This document shows positions 36,311-50,492 of a DNA stretch of 64,000 bases, piece by piece. A program made the position numbers and the translations under genes. This stretch comes from Azolla caroliniana. Taxonomy: Eukaryota > Plantae > Polypodiophyta. The DNA lies in contig JBHGNT010000008.1 in assembly GCA_043228905.1 (NCBI GenBank), positions 14,694,001 to 14,758,000 on the forward strand, given 5' to 3'. The first letter of the stretch is position 1; each line of letters begins with the position of its first letter. The notes beneath the pieces are model-generated. The model worked only from the letters and a program-made list of their open reading frames with translations. It made no database searches and was not told where the DNA came from.

Positions 36311-37284
36311 GAGTACCTCATCGGCAAGAGGTACTTCCAACGAGATTACTTGATGTATTAGCCCCTAGAAGGCATTCATGTGCTCCGCCATACTGGAGCC
36401 GTCTTGGTACCGGAGCCTCACTAGCTTCCGGAATACCAAAACCCGGTTAACAGCATTCTTGTTCTGGAACATGATGTCGATCTTCTCCCAGAGTTCATGG
36501 GCCTTACTGTCTTCATTGAAGTTGTTGTACAAGCTCATGTCGATGAAGCACCGGATGTATATCGTCGTCTTCATGTGCATCACCTCCCACACTATGGCAT
36601 CGATCTTATCCGGTCTCTTGTCCCCAAACTGAACCGGCAACCAAAGATCTTTGACCACCTGCATATCCCTCATCTTCGACTTCCACACTGAGTAGATGGA
36701 GCCGGTGAGCTTGAACATGCCACTGAATGATTCTTTCATTTTTTTTGTTGTTCTCTTTGATACCAGTTTGAGAGGAATAGCACAGAATACTACTTAGCCA
36801 CAACCGAGTCTTGAATCACTTCGATAAGAGTGCAACACAGGAATGGGAATAGACGTACACACAAAAGAGAGTACACATGATGTTTACGTGGAAAACCCTA
36901 AATGGGAAAAACCACGGGAGCCCACAAACTCCAACTATCACTATGAAGAAAAGAGGGTACAATTAGAGACTCAGAGGAAACAACCTCAAGCTCTGTTTCA
37001 TCGCCAACCGGTGGTTACAATAGAGTATTTCTCTGTATCTCACACTCATTCACTCTCTCGTTGTCTATACAACAATATATCAACTCCTACAACATCAACT
37101 GCATAATACATAAAGTGATTGCCCTAAGTCATATTTATACTTATATGAACTTAGGGCTATTTACAAATATAGCCTCAATAGGCTTACTCAAGAAACATAT
37201 TTACAGATATTTCTCTCTTCCAGTTCTCACCGGGTGCTCTTCATTCATCACCGGATCCCATCCAGAGGGACCAATTTCCCAACA
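36311..37284 (-). mobile_element. Copia copy D: 5' LTR (36769-37284), PBS and gag start, fused to copy C
   Basis: TGTTGGGAAATTGG...CCTCTCA, PBS TGGTATCAAA, gag MKESFSGMFKL. Confidence 0.9.
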
Positions 37285-39541
37285 CATAGCACATATGCTG
37301 GGTGAATGTAATCCGAGAATTTCGGGAAGCCGAATACGAGGAAGAAAGCCTGATGATTGGGAAGGTGCTACAAGAAATCGAGGAATCATCGGACAATATG
37401 GAAAAGAGAGTCGAGATCCGACGTAAGAAACAACAAGTCTAGAAGTTCTTCGTGAACAATGGATTAATTTGGAGGGAGCCGAAAAGTCCGGATGGCATAC
37501 CAGTATGGGTAGTTGAAACAAAAGAGCAACGCAATCGAATAATATCCGAATTCCACGAATCCGATTGGGCTGGACATCGGGGAACATGGGCAACATTTGC
37601 GAAGGTCAAGCAAAAATATTGGTAGAAGAATATGTACAAATATGTAGCGGAGCTCACGGGAAGCTGCGAAAAATGTCAAATCTACACTGGAGTTCGACAC
37701 CGAGATGAATTACATCCGACATTCTCACCGACAATCAACTTCAAATGGATGGTCGCCATTGTGGCCATGCCAACCGGGATCAGACAAAAGAAGTACTTGA
37801 TATTAGCTCGGGAAGATCTAACGAACCAAATAGAAGGTCGAGCGCTACGGAGGAAAACATGTTCTGCAGTATGCCAATTTCTCTTGGAAGAAGTGTTCTG
37901 CAGGTTCAGATGCGTAGGACAAGTGATTGCGGATCGGGGAGAACTTCACTCTGATAAAGCTAGGGAATTCTTTGCCAAACATGGAGTACGGTTAACACTA
38001 ACCACAACATACAATCCGGAAGCCAACGGGAAGATTGAACGAGGACATAGTCCAATCGTTAAAACACTTGCAAAAGCATGAGATGGAAGGGTGAAGAATT
38101 GGCCGCAGATGCTTCCATATGCCCTATGGGCAGATCGCACAATGCATAGTTCCATGACTGGTTATATGCCAACGGAACTTATGACCGGCCAAGCACCGGT
38201 AATGTCGGCGGAAACCGCAATTTTGACATGGAGAGTGCTGCCTTGGAAGGAAGAGATGGGCTGGGAAGAACTACTAGTCGTTCGGATACGACAACTAGAG
38301 AGAAGACCGAAAGACATAGCGGAAGCAATACACCGACAACAAGAAGCACGGTTCCGGAACAAAAGTCAATTCGACACAAAGCATCGTCTACGATCACAGG
38401 AGATTGAAGAAGGAGATTGGGTGATAGTCTATGACAGTAGTTTAGATCATCAACACACAACGATCCAAAAATTCGCTAAAACGTGGTTTTGACCATATGA
38501 AGTTTTCGACAACGGAACCTACCAACTAAGTGAGTTCAATGAAACGGTACTATGGGTGCCTATAGCGAGTAAACGGGTGAAAATTTTCAAGAAGTGAACT
38601 GATGACGAACCCTACATGACCTTACACAAGACCATCAGTGAGGAGCAATCAAACAAAGATCATGGTGGTGCGAAAAGCAAAGAAAGTGGGCTAGAATTGA
38701 TAATCGACATAAGGGGAGAATCCGAGAGTGCTATGGATGAAGGAGAATAATAGGCATCGGAACATTGGCACATACCGGAGGATGTGCGGGTTCGGAGGGG
38801 GCGAGTGTCGTAGTGTAATGCTCACGCTACGTGAAATATGTAAGAAATATCCGATTAAGTATGCATAAAGAAATAAAAGAAAATATTAAAATATATGTTA
38901 CATGCATAGGGCAAGATTCAAACCCTGTACATCCACATAAGCAAACCACAAACCTTACCATTGTACTAACGTATCATAAGTTATCTAAATATAGATTTAA
39001 TATCTATAAGAGTTATATTTACGCCTATTTTTATAAAAAGCAACCCATGCACATTTAGAGTGTGTAAAAACTTTATTTAGATGAAAAACACAAACAAAGA
39101 AAACGTTACTCATGCACGTCTAGAGTGCATGAGCAAGATATTTAGAAATTGACAGCATGGTAGAAAAAGCTATTCAGGGACGTCTAGTGTGCATGAACAC
39201 TTTAGAAAAGCATTATGCTATGTTTAGCCTCTTCCATCACTACATAAGGCAAAGAGAAATATGTATATGGTTGTTAATTTTTTATAAGGGTTGATTAATA
39301 TATTATATTTGTGGGATTCACGAATTTGCCATCTATTTCTCTCTTGCAATCTAAATTCATATTCTTTCCTAAACATTAATTAATACACTATACCCATGGG
39401 ATTCATGAGTTTCATATCTTTCTTTCTTATACTCTATTCATATTCATAACTAAACTTGTCTCAAATTTTTCCTCTTCCTAGTCCAAAACCCTAGTGGTTC
39501 CCAACGACTCATGCAACAATCCGGCGCTGAGAGGCACAACA
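37285..39541 (+). mobile_element. Gypsy 3' remnant: integrase, PPT and 3' LTR (38806-39541)
   Basis: AREDLTNQIEGRAL, ADRGEL, PEANGKIER; PPT GGAGGGGGCGAG; LTR TGTCGTAGTG...GCACAACA is homologous to 54043-54825. Confidence 0.88.
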
Positions 39542-41511
39542 ACGTATTTTTAGGAGTCAGTGTCAGTCGCTCGTATGAGCATTGAAGTACTTGTCAGTAC
39601 TTCTATCAGTCCTTTTAAGGACTCGTATAAAAAGTGTTCGGTAGGACATTTGTACGTACAAAGAGTGGTATTGTTTTGAATTTAGTTTATGTTGTTTTGC
39701 TCTCTTTGTCTCTCCTATGTACTATGTATTCTAAGCTTCCATTAAACTTGTCTATATTCTGGAGAGGCCGATGAGGCATGGACATGTGGAAGGAGATTGG
39801 CTAACCAAGGACTAGCCACATATAGGGGGAGCGACCGAAAGAGAGAGCCAAAGACAGAGTCAACCGAACCAAGGGGAGGTGAAGCTGAGAAGGGCAAGAA
39901 AGGATGCAAAGTCAAGAAGGATAGAGCCAACCAAGGGAAGGCCAAGACCAAGACATGGGCAGTTGTACTCTGTTCCTGTGATTGTAACTGCTTGAGATTG
40001 GTCTCCAGGCAACCAAATTCGTGCTTCATTCGGCTTATCAACATTCGGGAGGATCAGTTGGATCCATCCCTCTCATCGCTGCAGTCATCCGAAGTAGGAT
40101 TGGCCTAAACAATTGGTTTCTTGTGATCGGTATTCGGCATACAATCGGAAGCTAACCAGAGTTACTCCAAGAAGCTTCAGCAAACAAGTATCCAAAACCA
40201 AACCGACTCTGGTTCAAGACCGACTAGAACGATATCGGGTGGGTCAACCGGCTGCACCCCACTAAGGTTTCTAGTCAACTCCGAACAGAGTCTTACCAAC
40301 CGAAACCCAATCAGATGGCATCAACATCCAGCTCATCGGAGATGAGTGTAAGGAGGTTCGACGGTTCGAACTTCAACTTTTGGAAGGAACAAATGCAGGA
40401 CTATCTCATAGTCAAGAGTCAGATAGACCCGATTGAGAATAAAAATACTCCAGAAGCATACAAGGCAAAGGAGTGGCTAAAGCTGGACAGAATCGTCCGT
40501 GCCACGATTCAGATACACTTTTCGGATTCTGTGTACTTCACAGTGCAATCATGCTCGATAGCTTTTGAACTTTGGAAAACACTATTGGAAACTTATGAAA
40601 AGAAGGTCGCCGCAACGAAGATGTATCTAATCAGGCGCCTCTACAACGTGTGGATGAAAGAATTCGATTTGGTTCAGGCAGACCTCAACGAGTACAAAAG
40701 CCTAAGCTCCCAAATATCGTCTCAGGGGACGACAATCGAGGATGAAATCAGAGTAATGATACTCATGAGTAGTCTCCCCTCTTCTTTGGAAACTTTCGTC
40801 ACAGCCGTGTGCAATGCTTCAACAACTGCCATTAAGTACTCTGAAATCACGAGCGCAATCCTGACTGAAGCAGCTCGGAGAAAGTCTTTTGCCAAAGACT
40901 CGGCAGATGAAGCTTACATCGTACAAGGTTCGACCGACCAATCGAACAACTATGGAAGCAGTTCTTCCCGACCGCCAAACAATCAGCAAAGCTGGAGCAA
41001 GTCCCGGGAAAACCGAATCTGCAACTACTACAACGAACCGGGACACATCAAAGCTGACTGTCGGGCACTCAAAGCAAAAACCGACAAAGCTTAGAGAGCG
41101 GATCAGAAGAGTGGCTGGCATGAAGTCAACTACGTCGGCTCTTCAGCCGAAATTTTGACGACCGACCTGAACATATTGTCCATAGAGAACCCAGTCCAAT
41201 CAGAAGTTTTGCTTACGACTGAGGAATCGAGCACATGGCTCCTGGACTCGGGTGCATCATATCATGGGACACCTCACCGATCTCAGTTTAGGCAATACTC
41301 GGACCGGCACTCCGACTCTGCTCGAGTCGAGAACTCGCAACACTGTGCCATAATCGGAATTGGCACCGTAGAGCTCAACTTTTCGGGTGGCTCTACACTC
41401 GTACTACACAACATCTGACACGTTCCTGAGCTTTCAAAACCCTTGGTCTTAGTCCGACAACTTGATGAAGCCAGCATCCGTGTCGGGTTCTCATAAGGAG
41501 GGTGGACACTC

Positions 41512-44500
41512 TGTTGGGATTACGGTCCCTTCGGATGGGATGGTCGGATGTCGGAGATGAATGACGACAAGCCCGGTTGCGGTTTCGGAACCGGATGATG
41601 AAGACCCCGGCGTCGGAGCCGGATGACGAATGTACCCGGAGAGAGATCTGGATGCGGGGACATATCTGTGAATATGTTTGCCAAGGGCCCTTGAGGCTAT
41701 AGTTGTAAATAGCCCTAAAGTCATATGTGTATAAATATGACTTAGGGCAAACAGTTTTAATGTTGCTACTCATTTTTCTGTTTTTCCACTCAAGAGGAGT
41801 GAAGAGAGAGCAGCCGTGAGAGAGATAGAGCGTGAGAGAGGAAGAGGTCGACGCCTCTGTGTAATACCGCCGCCTGTGGCGAGGACATCGAGCTCAAGGT
41901 CGTCGCCTTGCAGCTCGCCATTGTATATTTCTCTGTGCATAGTTTTGGTTTGGAGTCTTGCACTCCCGTGGTTTTTCCCATCTAGGGTTTTCCACGTTAA
42001 TCCCTGTGTTATCGTGTCTTTCTCTGTGTTTCCTATTTTCTGCTGCATTGATTCGCGATTCCTCGGTTGTGGCCGAGTGGTGAAGGCGAATCGGAGCGTC
42101 GATTCTCAACAAACTGGTATCAGAGCGACTGCAGTGCAGAAAATGGAAGGCGGCAGCAGCGGGCAGCCGGGGATGATGGTGCTGAATGCGCAGAACTACG
42201 CCGACTGGAAGATCAAGATGGAGGATCTTCTGATTGTTCGGGACCTGTACGAACCGATTGACAGGTCGGAAATACCGAAGGGGGTACTTGAGTCGGAATG
42301 GAGGCTTCTGAACCGGAAAGCCGTTGCAACCATTCGGCAATACGTCGACGTGAGCGTTCTACAACATGTGACGAATGACATCAACGCATATGAGATGTGG
42401 CGGAAGCTGTCGGGCCTCTACGAGAGGAAGAATGCGTTGAACCGGACCTCCCTGATGAGGAAGATAGTGAACCTCAAGTACCGGGACGGCGAGAGTATGG
42501 TGGAACACGTAAGCACGTTCATGGGATTCGTGAACCAGCTTGCGGCGATCAAGTTCCCGTTGGAGGATGCAATGCAAGCCATCATTCTGATGTGTACATT
42601 GCCGGAAAGCTGGGAGAACTTGGTGGTGACTCTCAGCACCTCCTGCACGGAAGATAACTTGTCCCTACAAACGGTAAAGACAAGTATTTTGAACGAAGAA
42701 GCGCGTCGGAGAGATAAAGAACCGGCCTCCGACTCGAAGGCGTTGCTTACCGAATCAGAACGGGGAAGACAATGGAACCGGAGTCCGCAAAGACGGGAGA
42801 AGTCGGGGACCCGGTCGCAGTCAAGAGGAAGGCCCACATGCTTCCACTGTGGGAAGCCGGGGCACTTCCGAAAGAATTGTCGGCATTACCGAAAAGACAA
42901 CGGAGCCGACGACACCGATTCGAAGAAGTCTTCGGAGAGAAACGGTGCATACCGGGGAGCCACGGACCGGAGAGGTCCGGATCGGCGAGGGCAGGACCGG
43001 AAAGGAACGACGGCACTCGCGGCAAGTGAGGAAGAAATCATGCTCATCACCGAAGAAGGTGAACTAAACATTGTCGGCGATGAGACGACCTGGGTGGTCG
43101 ATTCCGGAGCATCGTTCCACCTGACCCCGGAGAGAAGATATTTCTCATCCTACACAGTCGGTGAGCATGGCTGTGTTCGGATGGGAAATGAAGGTACGTG
43201 CCGGATTGCCGGCATAGGAGACGTGTGGTTGACAACCCCGACCGGATGCAAAATGCTGCTGAAGGATGTCCGACACGTTTCGGAGGTTCGATTGAACCTA
43301 ATTTCGGCCGGGAGGCTAGACGATGAAGGCTACACAGGTAGCATCCGGAACGGCGTAATGAAGTTCAGCAAGGGGAGCCTGATAGTGGCTCGGGCCCAGA
43401 AAGTCAACACACTGTACCTTATGAATGCCTGGTTGTGTCCGGAAGAGTTGAACGTGGCAGCCGACACTGCCGGTGAGCTGTGGCACAAGAGACTGTGCCA
43501 CATGAGTGAGAAGGGGATGAAGAGGCTTGCAGAAGACAACCTTATTCCAGTGAAGCATGTGCACCTGGAGAAGTGCACCGATTGCCTGGCCGGTAAGCAG
43601 AACCGAACCTCCTTCCACTCAAGGCCACCGACGAGACGTAGCGCACCATTGGAGTTGGTGCACACTGATGTGTGTCATGTAGAAACGAAGTCACATGGCG
43701 GAGCCCAGTACTTCGTAACATTCATTGATGATCACAGCCGGAAGCTGTGGACGGCACCGTTGAAGACAAAGGACCAAGTGTTGTGCGTCTTCAAAGAACT
43801 CCACGCGAGAGTGGAAAGGGAATCCGGCAAGAAGCTGAAAGCGATACGAGCGGATAACGGACGGGAATACCGGGGGCAGTTCGCGGAGTACTGTCGCTCG
43901 AAGGGAATCCGGCTCGAGTTTACTGTGCCGAAGACGCCGGAACTGAACGGGCTGGCCGAGAGGATGAACCGGACCATAATGGAGAGGGTCCGGAGTATGC
44001 TGGCGCATGCGGAGTTACCCAAGGGGTTTTGGGCTGAGGCGATGTCAACGGCGACATACGTGATAAACAGATCACCCTCAGTACCTTTGGACGGAGACAC
44101 GCCGCAGAGAGTGTGGACCGGTAGGGAAGTATCCTACCGGCATCTGAAGGTGTTCGGGTGTCTCGCATACGTGCATGTGGCAAAGGACCGGAGAGGAAAG
44201 CTAGATCCAAAGACCCGGCCATGCATATTCCTCGGTTACGGCGATGACGAGTTCGGCTACCGAGTATGGGACCCGGTCGACAAGAAGATATTCCGGAGTC
44301 GTGATATCATCTTCATGGAGAACAAGACACTCGCCGACAGGGAGTCGGAGAAGAAGATGAAGAGCTCCAAGTCGACCGGTGAGGATAAACTCTACGAGGA
44401 GCAGTCCCGACCGGCAAGGGACCGGTTAACACTCGAAGATCCGGCCGAAGACGGTGAAGAAACAGAACCGGCCGAAGAAGATGAAAATGATACCGGAACC

Positions 44501-46826
44501 GGCCCCGATCCCGAAATGGATTCGGATGAAGAAGAATCGGAAGAACCGGTTACCGAAGCTCCGGAACGGAGATATCCTCTAAGAGAGAGAAGGGCTCCCC
44601 GGAGATTTCCGGAACCAGAGCACGTGCTGTTAACCGACGAAGGGGAGCCGGAGAGCTTTGAAGAAGCAAAGCATGACACCCAGAGCCGCAGGTGGTTGAG
44701 TGCCATGCAGGACGAGATGGATTCCCTGCATGAGAACCACACATATGAACTTGTGGAGTTGCCGAAAGGAAAGCGGGCACTTCGAAACAAGTGGGTGTTC
44801 AAGCTGAAACCGGGAGATGCCGGAAACCCCCCGAGATACAAAGCCAGGATTGTGGTGAAGGGGTTTCAGCAGAAGAAGGGCGTCGACTTCGACGAGATAT
44901 TTGCCCCGGTAGTGAAGATGACCTCCATCCGGACGGTGCTGAGCATAGCGGCAAGCATGGACCTCGAGGTAGAATAGATGGACGTGAAGACGGCATTCCT
45001 TCACGGTGACCTCGAAGAAGAGATCTACATGCAGCAACCGGAAGGATTCGAGAAGAAAGGGAAGGAGCACCTGGTATGCCGGTTGAAGAAGAGCCTTTAC
45101 GGACTGAAGCAGGCTCCCCGGCAATGGTACCGGAAGTTCGACTCTTTCATGACCGACGAAGGGTACCTCAAAACGCAGTCCGACCACTGCGTGTTTGTGA
45201 AGAAGTTCGAAGGAGGAGACTTTCTAATACTCCTCCTGTACGTGGACGACATGTTGATCGTCGGACGGGACCAGGTCAAGATACGGATGCTGAAGAAGGC
45301 TCTTCACCGAACCTTCTCAATGAAGGACCTGGGTCCGGCGAGGCAAATACTAGGGATGCACATCATCCGGGACCGGAAGAAGAAGCAGTTGTGGCTGTCA
45401 CAGGAGAAGTACGTGACAAAGGTGCTTCACCGGTTCAACATGTCGGAAGCAAGACCGGTCGGGTCAACACTCCCGGCAAACTGCAAGCTGTCCAGCAAGC
45501 AAAGCCCCAAGACAAAGGCAGAGAAGGAGGACATGATGAAAGTACCATATGGCTCTGCCGTCGGGAGCTTGATGTACGCAATGGTGTGTACCCAACCGGA
45601 CATAGGATATGCAGTCGGAGTGGTGAGCCGGTACATGAGCAATCCCGGCAAAGAGCATTGGAACGCGGCCAAGTGGATACTCCGATACCTGAAGGGCACA
45701 GCAAACGTGTGCCTCCGATTCGGCTCCGGTAAGCCCGAACTCGACGGCTTCACCGATTCGGATATGTCGGCTGATGCAGATACCAGCCGGTCCACATCAG
45801 GGTATGTGATGACGTATGCAGGGGGAGGTGTTTCATGGCAGTCGAGGCTGCAGAAGACGGTTGCATTGTCAACCACGGAGGCGGAGTACATGGCGGCTGT
45901 TGAAGCCGGCAAGGAAATAATATGGATGAAGGACTTCATTAGAGAGCTCGGTATCCGGCAGGAGGAGTACCGACTCTACTGCGACAGTCAGAGTGCAATC
46001 CACCTTGCGAAGAACGCGGCCTATCACTCCCGGACGAAGCACATCCAGCGAAGATATCACTGGATCCGGGAAAGGATAGAAGACAAGGAGTTCGTGCTGA
46101 CGAAGATCCACACGGACGAGAACGGCTCGGATATGCTGACCAAGGTGCTCACACCCGACAAGCTGGAAGCATGCCGGAAGAGGATCGGATTGGAGAGACA
46201 TCCCATGCCGAAGTGAAGGGGGAGTTTGTTGGGATTACGGTCCCTTCGGATGGGATGGTCGGATGTCGGAGATGAATGACGACAAGCCCGGTTGCGGTTT
46301 CGGAACCGGATGATGAAGACCCCGGCGTCGGAGCCGGATGACGAATGTACCCGGAGAGAGATCCGGATGCGGGGACATATCTGTGAATATGTTTGCCAAG
46401 GGCCCTTGAGGCTATAGTTGTAAATAGCCCTAAAGTCATATGTGTATAAATATGACATAGGGCAAACAGTTTTAATGTTGCTACTCATTTTTCTGTTTTT
46501 CCACTCAAGAGGAGTGAAGAGAGAGCAGCCGTGAGAGAGATAGAGCGTGAGAGAGGAAGAGGTCGACGCCTCTGTGTAATACCGCCACCTGTGGCGAGGA
46601 CAGCGAGCTCAAGGTCGTCGCCTTGCAGCTCGCCATTGTATATTTCTCTGTGCATAGTTTTGGTTTGGAGTCTTGCACTCCCGTGGTTTTTCCCATCTAG
46701 GGTTTTCCACGTTAATCCCTGTGTTATCGTGTCTTTCTCTGTGTTTCCTATTTTCTGCTGCATTGATTCGCGATTCCTCGGTTGTGGCCGAGTGGTGAAG
46801 GCGAATCGGAGCGTCGATTCTCAACA
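41512..46826 (+). mobile_element. Young, nearly intact Copia copy F
   Basis: 600-bp LTRs 41512-42111 and 46227-46826 with about 4 differences; PBS at 42115; PPT GAAGGGGGAG at 46215-46224. Confidence 0.97.
42143..46216 (+). pseudogene. Copia F gag-pol polyprotein with one in-frame TAG at 44975-44977
   Basis: MEGGSSGQ... through CCHC, DSGAS, integrase, YVDD and RNase H (CDSQSAI, RTKHI), all in one frame. Confidence 0.93.
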
Positions 46827-49800
46827 AGCTCTCCTTCTCGGATCACCAATTCTACGAGCATTGCGGGTACGGCAAACAGGTAGCCACATCACACCCGACA
46901 TCAGCACCAAGAGAATCGAATCCCCTCGATTTGGTCCACTGGGATGTCTATGGCCCAATGCCACATTAGTTTCTCGGCAGTGCTTCGTACTTCGTTAGTT
47001 TTATTCACGACTTGACTCGGAAGGTGTGGGATTACCCCATTAGAACCAAAGATCGGGTGTTCTCGATCTTCTCCAAATGGCTTGCAATGGTTGAAAACCA
47101 AACCGGTTGTAAACTAAAATGTCTCTGAACCGATAATGGAGGAGATTTCAAGTTTGACGAATTCGTCAAATTTTGCAAGGAAAACAGCATTCGACGTGAA
47201 TATACGGCACCCTATAGTCCGGAGCAAAACGGAATTGCTAAACACATGAATCGGACGATTCAAGAACGCATAGTATCCATGCTCTAACACTCCAGACTAT
47301 TAGATGGCTTCTGGGCGGAGGCTCTACTTACGGCAGTACACATAATAAATATGTCGCTAAGTAGACCTCTAGAACTTAAAATACCTCAGGAAACATGGAC
47401 CGGCAGTAAGCCGAATTATGACAAGCTGAGGATCTTCAGCTGCGAGGCGTATGCCCTCAGACCGAAAGACGACCGCCGGAAACTTGAACCAAGATGAAGG
47501 AAATGCGTTTATAAGCTTTCTTTCTTATTTTATGAAATAGCTCCCTTGACCATGTTCCATCTTTCTCATGAGTACTCAAGTATTTTGCAATTTGTAACAT
47601 CTCCCCCTCGTACTCAGATTCACGAAGAATAACATGAACACCCAAATCACATGACCCCTTCAAGTTACCATAGAAATCCAAACTCTCATCTTCTTCATCA
47701 GTCATTACCATAGTATTTTGACCTTTAAACCTTGCTCTTGAGAGCATATCGGCAACTGGGTTATCCGTTCCTACAATGTGCTTGATTTCAGGACATAGTG
47801 ATTTTATGTAAGCTATCGATCTAAGCATAGCTATATCAGATGTTTCACAACTTGAGATCATTCCTAGCAATGGACGACAATATGTTTCAACCACAACTTC
47901 ACCACTAATTAAGTATTCACGATATGTTTTTATAGTTGTTAACATACCCCATAACTCTCTTTTAATCAGTGGGTAAGCTCTTTGGCATTCTATTAAGATT
48001 TTTGCACCAAATCAAACTGCATATCTCAACCCATCCTTCTCTTCTTGGCTAACAGCCCAACCGATCCCGATTGGACTGTATCCACAGTAACAATGATGGG
48101 GTGTTCACTATCATACCTAGCCTTTTGTAAAACAGGGGCATTCAACAACATTTCCTTTAGTTGGCGAATTGCATCTGTACATGTACATTAGTCCAAAGGA
48201 AACTTGAATTCTTCTTAAGCAACCCATAAATCAGATAAGCCACATGTGCGAAATGTGGAATCCAAATTCAGTAAAACACACAAGCACCCAAAAACCTACG
48301 CACTTCTGTTAGAGATTTACAGTCATCCTTTAGATTTTGAATTGCATTTATCTTAATTGGGGATGAGTTTCTTCCGTAGGGTCTACACATGTGCCCTACA
48401 ATCAGAACTTCGGGAACCCCAAACATAGATTTTTGACCTGAAAATGTAAGATGAACCTCTTCTAACGTTGAAATAATTCTTTCACAAGAATCAATGTGAT
48501 TTGCAACAAACTTTCTACATCTATTCGGCATGAGTTTTTCATCCTTCTTATTCATCGAGTATCCTTTAATTGGAAGATCATCTAGAAAAGGCATAGTTTT
48601 TTTTGGCACAAAATCTTTTAAAATTTTATTCATAGCATTCACCATATGTGCTACAGAATTTGTAGCACCTTGAGGCAATGTACACATTCGCATCAATCCA
48701 ATTGGTGTTCTTATAGTAGTAGTTATATCAGGACTATCAATAGCAAGCTGAAATTGATCATATCCTAAATACAAATCACACATAGAATATATAGCTCTTC
48801 TTGCGAAAGCTTCTGCAAAGGCATCGACAATCGATCCAACACCGACGTTTCGAATAGTAACTCTATTGATAGGCTGTAAATCCTGAATGAACTTTATTGA
48901 ACCGTTCTTTTTGGGTACAATAAACCACTTATTCGAGTAGGGGGAATCTGATGGCTCCAAGATACCCATTTCTATTTTTTCCTTAAGCAAAGCTATTACT
49001 TGCGGTATTTGGGCCCGAGGAACAGGGATAAGCCTTAAATTCCAAGGAATATGCGAAACTGTAAATATAATCATTGGTTCCACAACTGTTGGGTCTACAC
49101 AACCAATTTCACTTGGCTCAAATGCAAATGCTTTCCCATGACTAGCAATCATATTTTAAAAACATTGTATCTCAACAGGCAAAAGAAAATCATTCTCACA
49201 AATTTTTAGTTGATCTAGAGTAGCATTTGTAAACTTATGACCAATATCCTTAGAATCCCGCAATGTTGGCTCAAACGCGAGATTCTTTCTCATTTCAGTA
49301 CTATCCATAGGTAGATGCCTGGCCACGGGCTTGACCTTTTTGTCTATTATTTTATATTTAGTGTTAATTTTTATTGCATAGTTATTTTGACTTGCTTTTT
49401 TAGCCATTTCATGATAGCTATTGCCAACTATTTCACTATTAGCTATACAACCATTCTTTCTCATTCAAGCGATTTTCAATAAAATCAGCAATATGAAGGT
49501 AGATATCAACGGAATTTACATGAACAAATCTCTTGTCTCATTCTTTCTCATTCAAGCGATTTTCTAATATTTTGATTGTATCCACATCTAAATATTCAAG
49601 AAACATACCAGAAATTATGTCATCCCTTTCAATCATCCCTGAAGTGCACAATGCATCCAACATCTTCCTGCTCCCTTTATTTTGTGCATGACTTTCCACA
49701 CCAAAGTAATAGGTAAATCCATCCATTGTATTAGACAAAGTATTGATTATTTTATTAATTGGAAAACATTTTTGCAAGGAAAGAAAAGTTGTGGGACCAT

Positions 49801-50492
49801 TACGTCCCTGCCCATCAATGATCCTATTTAAAAATCAGACTCATAAGATGACATATCATGCTCACATGAGTTAATTCGTAATTCTTCTTTATTTTGATCA
49901 TGCTCCTGCCCAACAGTAAGAAATTGAACACTCCTTTTACCATCAGTACTCCGAATTCTAGCATATGCTGAGCCATCTTCAAGCACCATTGTCTCCAGCC
50001 TAGAATATGTGATATATGGTTGACCAAGAATCACTGGGTATGACGAGGTCTTTTGGATAAAGAAATATTGCTCCATTGGCACATCTCCAATGGTGACTTT
50101 GATGTTTGGGCAAGCTCCATGAAGAACACGTTTGCGTTCACAAGTGGAAGGATCGCGCATAAATGGAAGGATAAGGAATATTTTGGTTTATTTTAATACA
50201 TTTTCAATGATTTTACAAAACACATTGATACCTGTATCATACATGTTCAAATATACTATGAAAAAGGTTAAAAATCCACTATTTCCGTGATTTAGAAATA
50301 ATAATAAAAAGAGGAATTTCAAAAAGTTACATTCTCAATTTATATCACAAACTTTAAAACCAATGTTATTTTATAAGAAACGATTTTTTAGAAATCATAA
50401 GAAATCAAAACACATGCTTTTATATTACTCGATTTGTTACAAGCGGAGTGTAGTTACACTTAATAGCCAAAAATACATTCATGATCACTCCT

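Larger units (their letters stand above)
40315..47505 (+). mobile_element. Degenerate Copia of a second family (Tnt1-like gag), split by copy F
   Basis: RFDGSNFNFWK gag, WLLDSGAS protease; integrase DNGGEF...PEQNG at 46827-47505. Confidence 0.88.

Noticed and set aside
39542-40314. Possible 5' LTR and PBS of the Copia starting at 40315
   Set aside because: No partner LTR or clear PBS in the window to fix boundaries.
41816-42142. N-terminal extension of the 1053-aa ORF
   Set aside because: It runs through the LTR and PBS from a GTG; the real start is likely the ATG at 42143.
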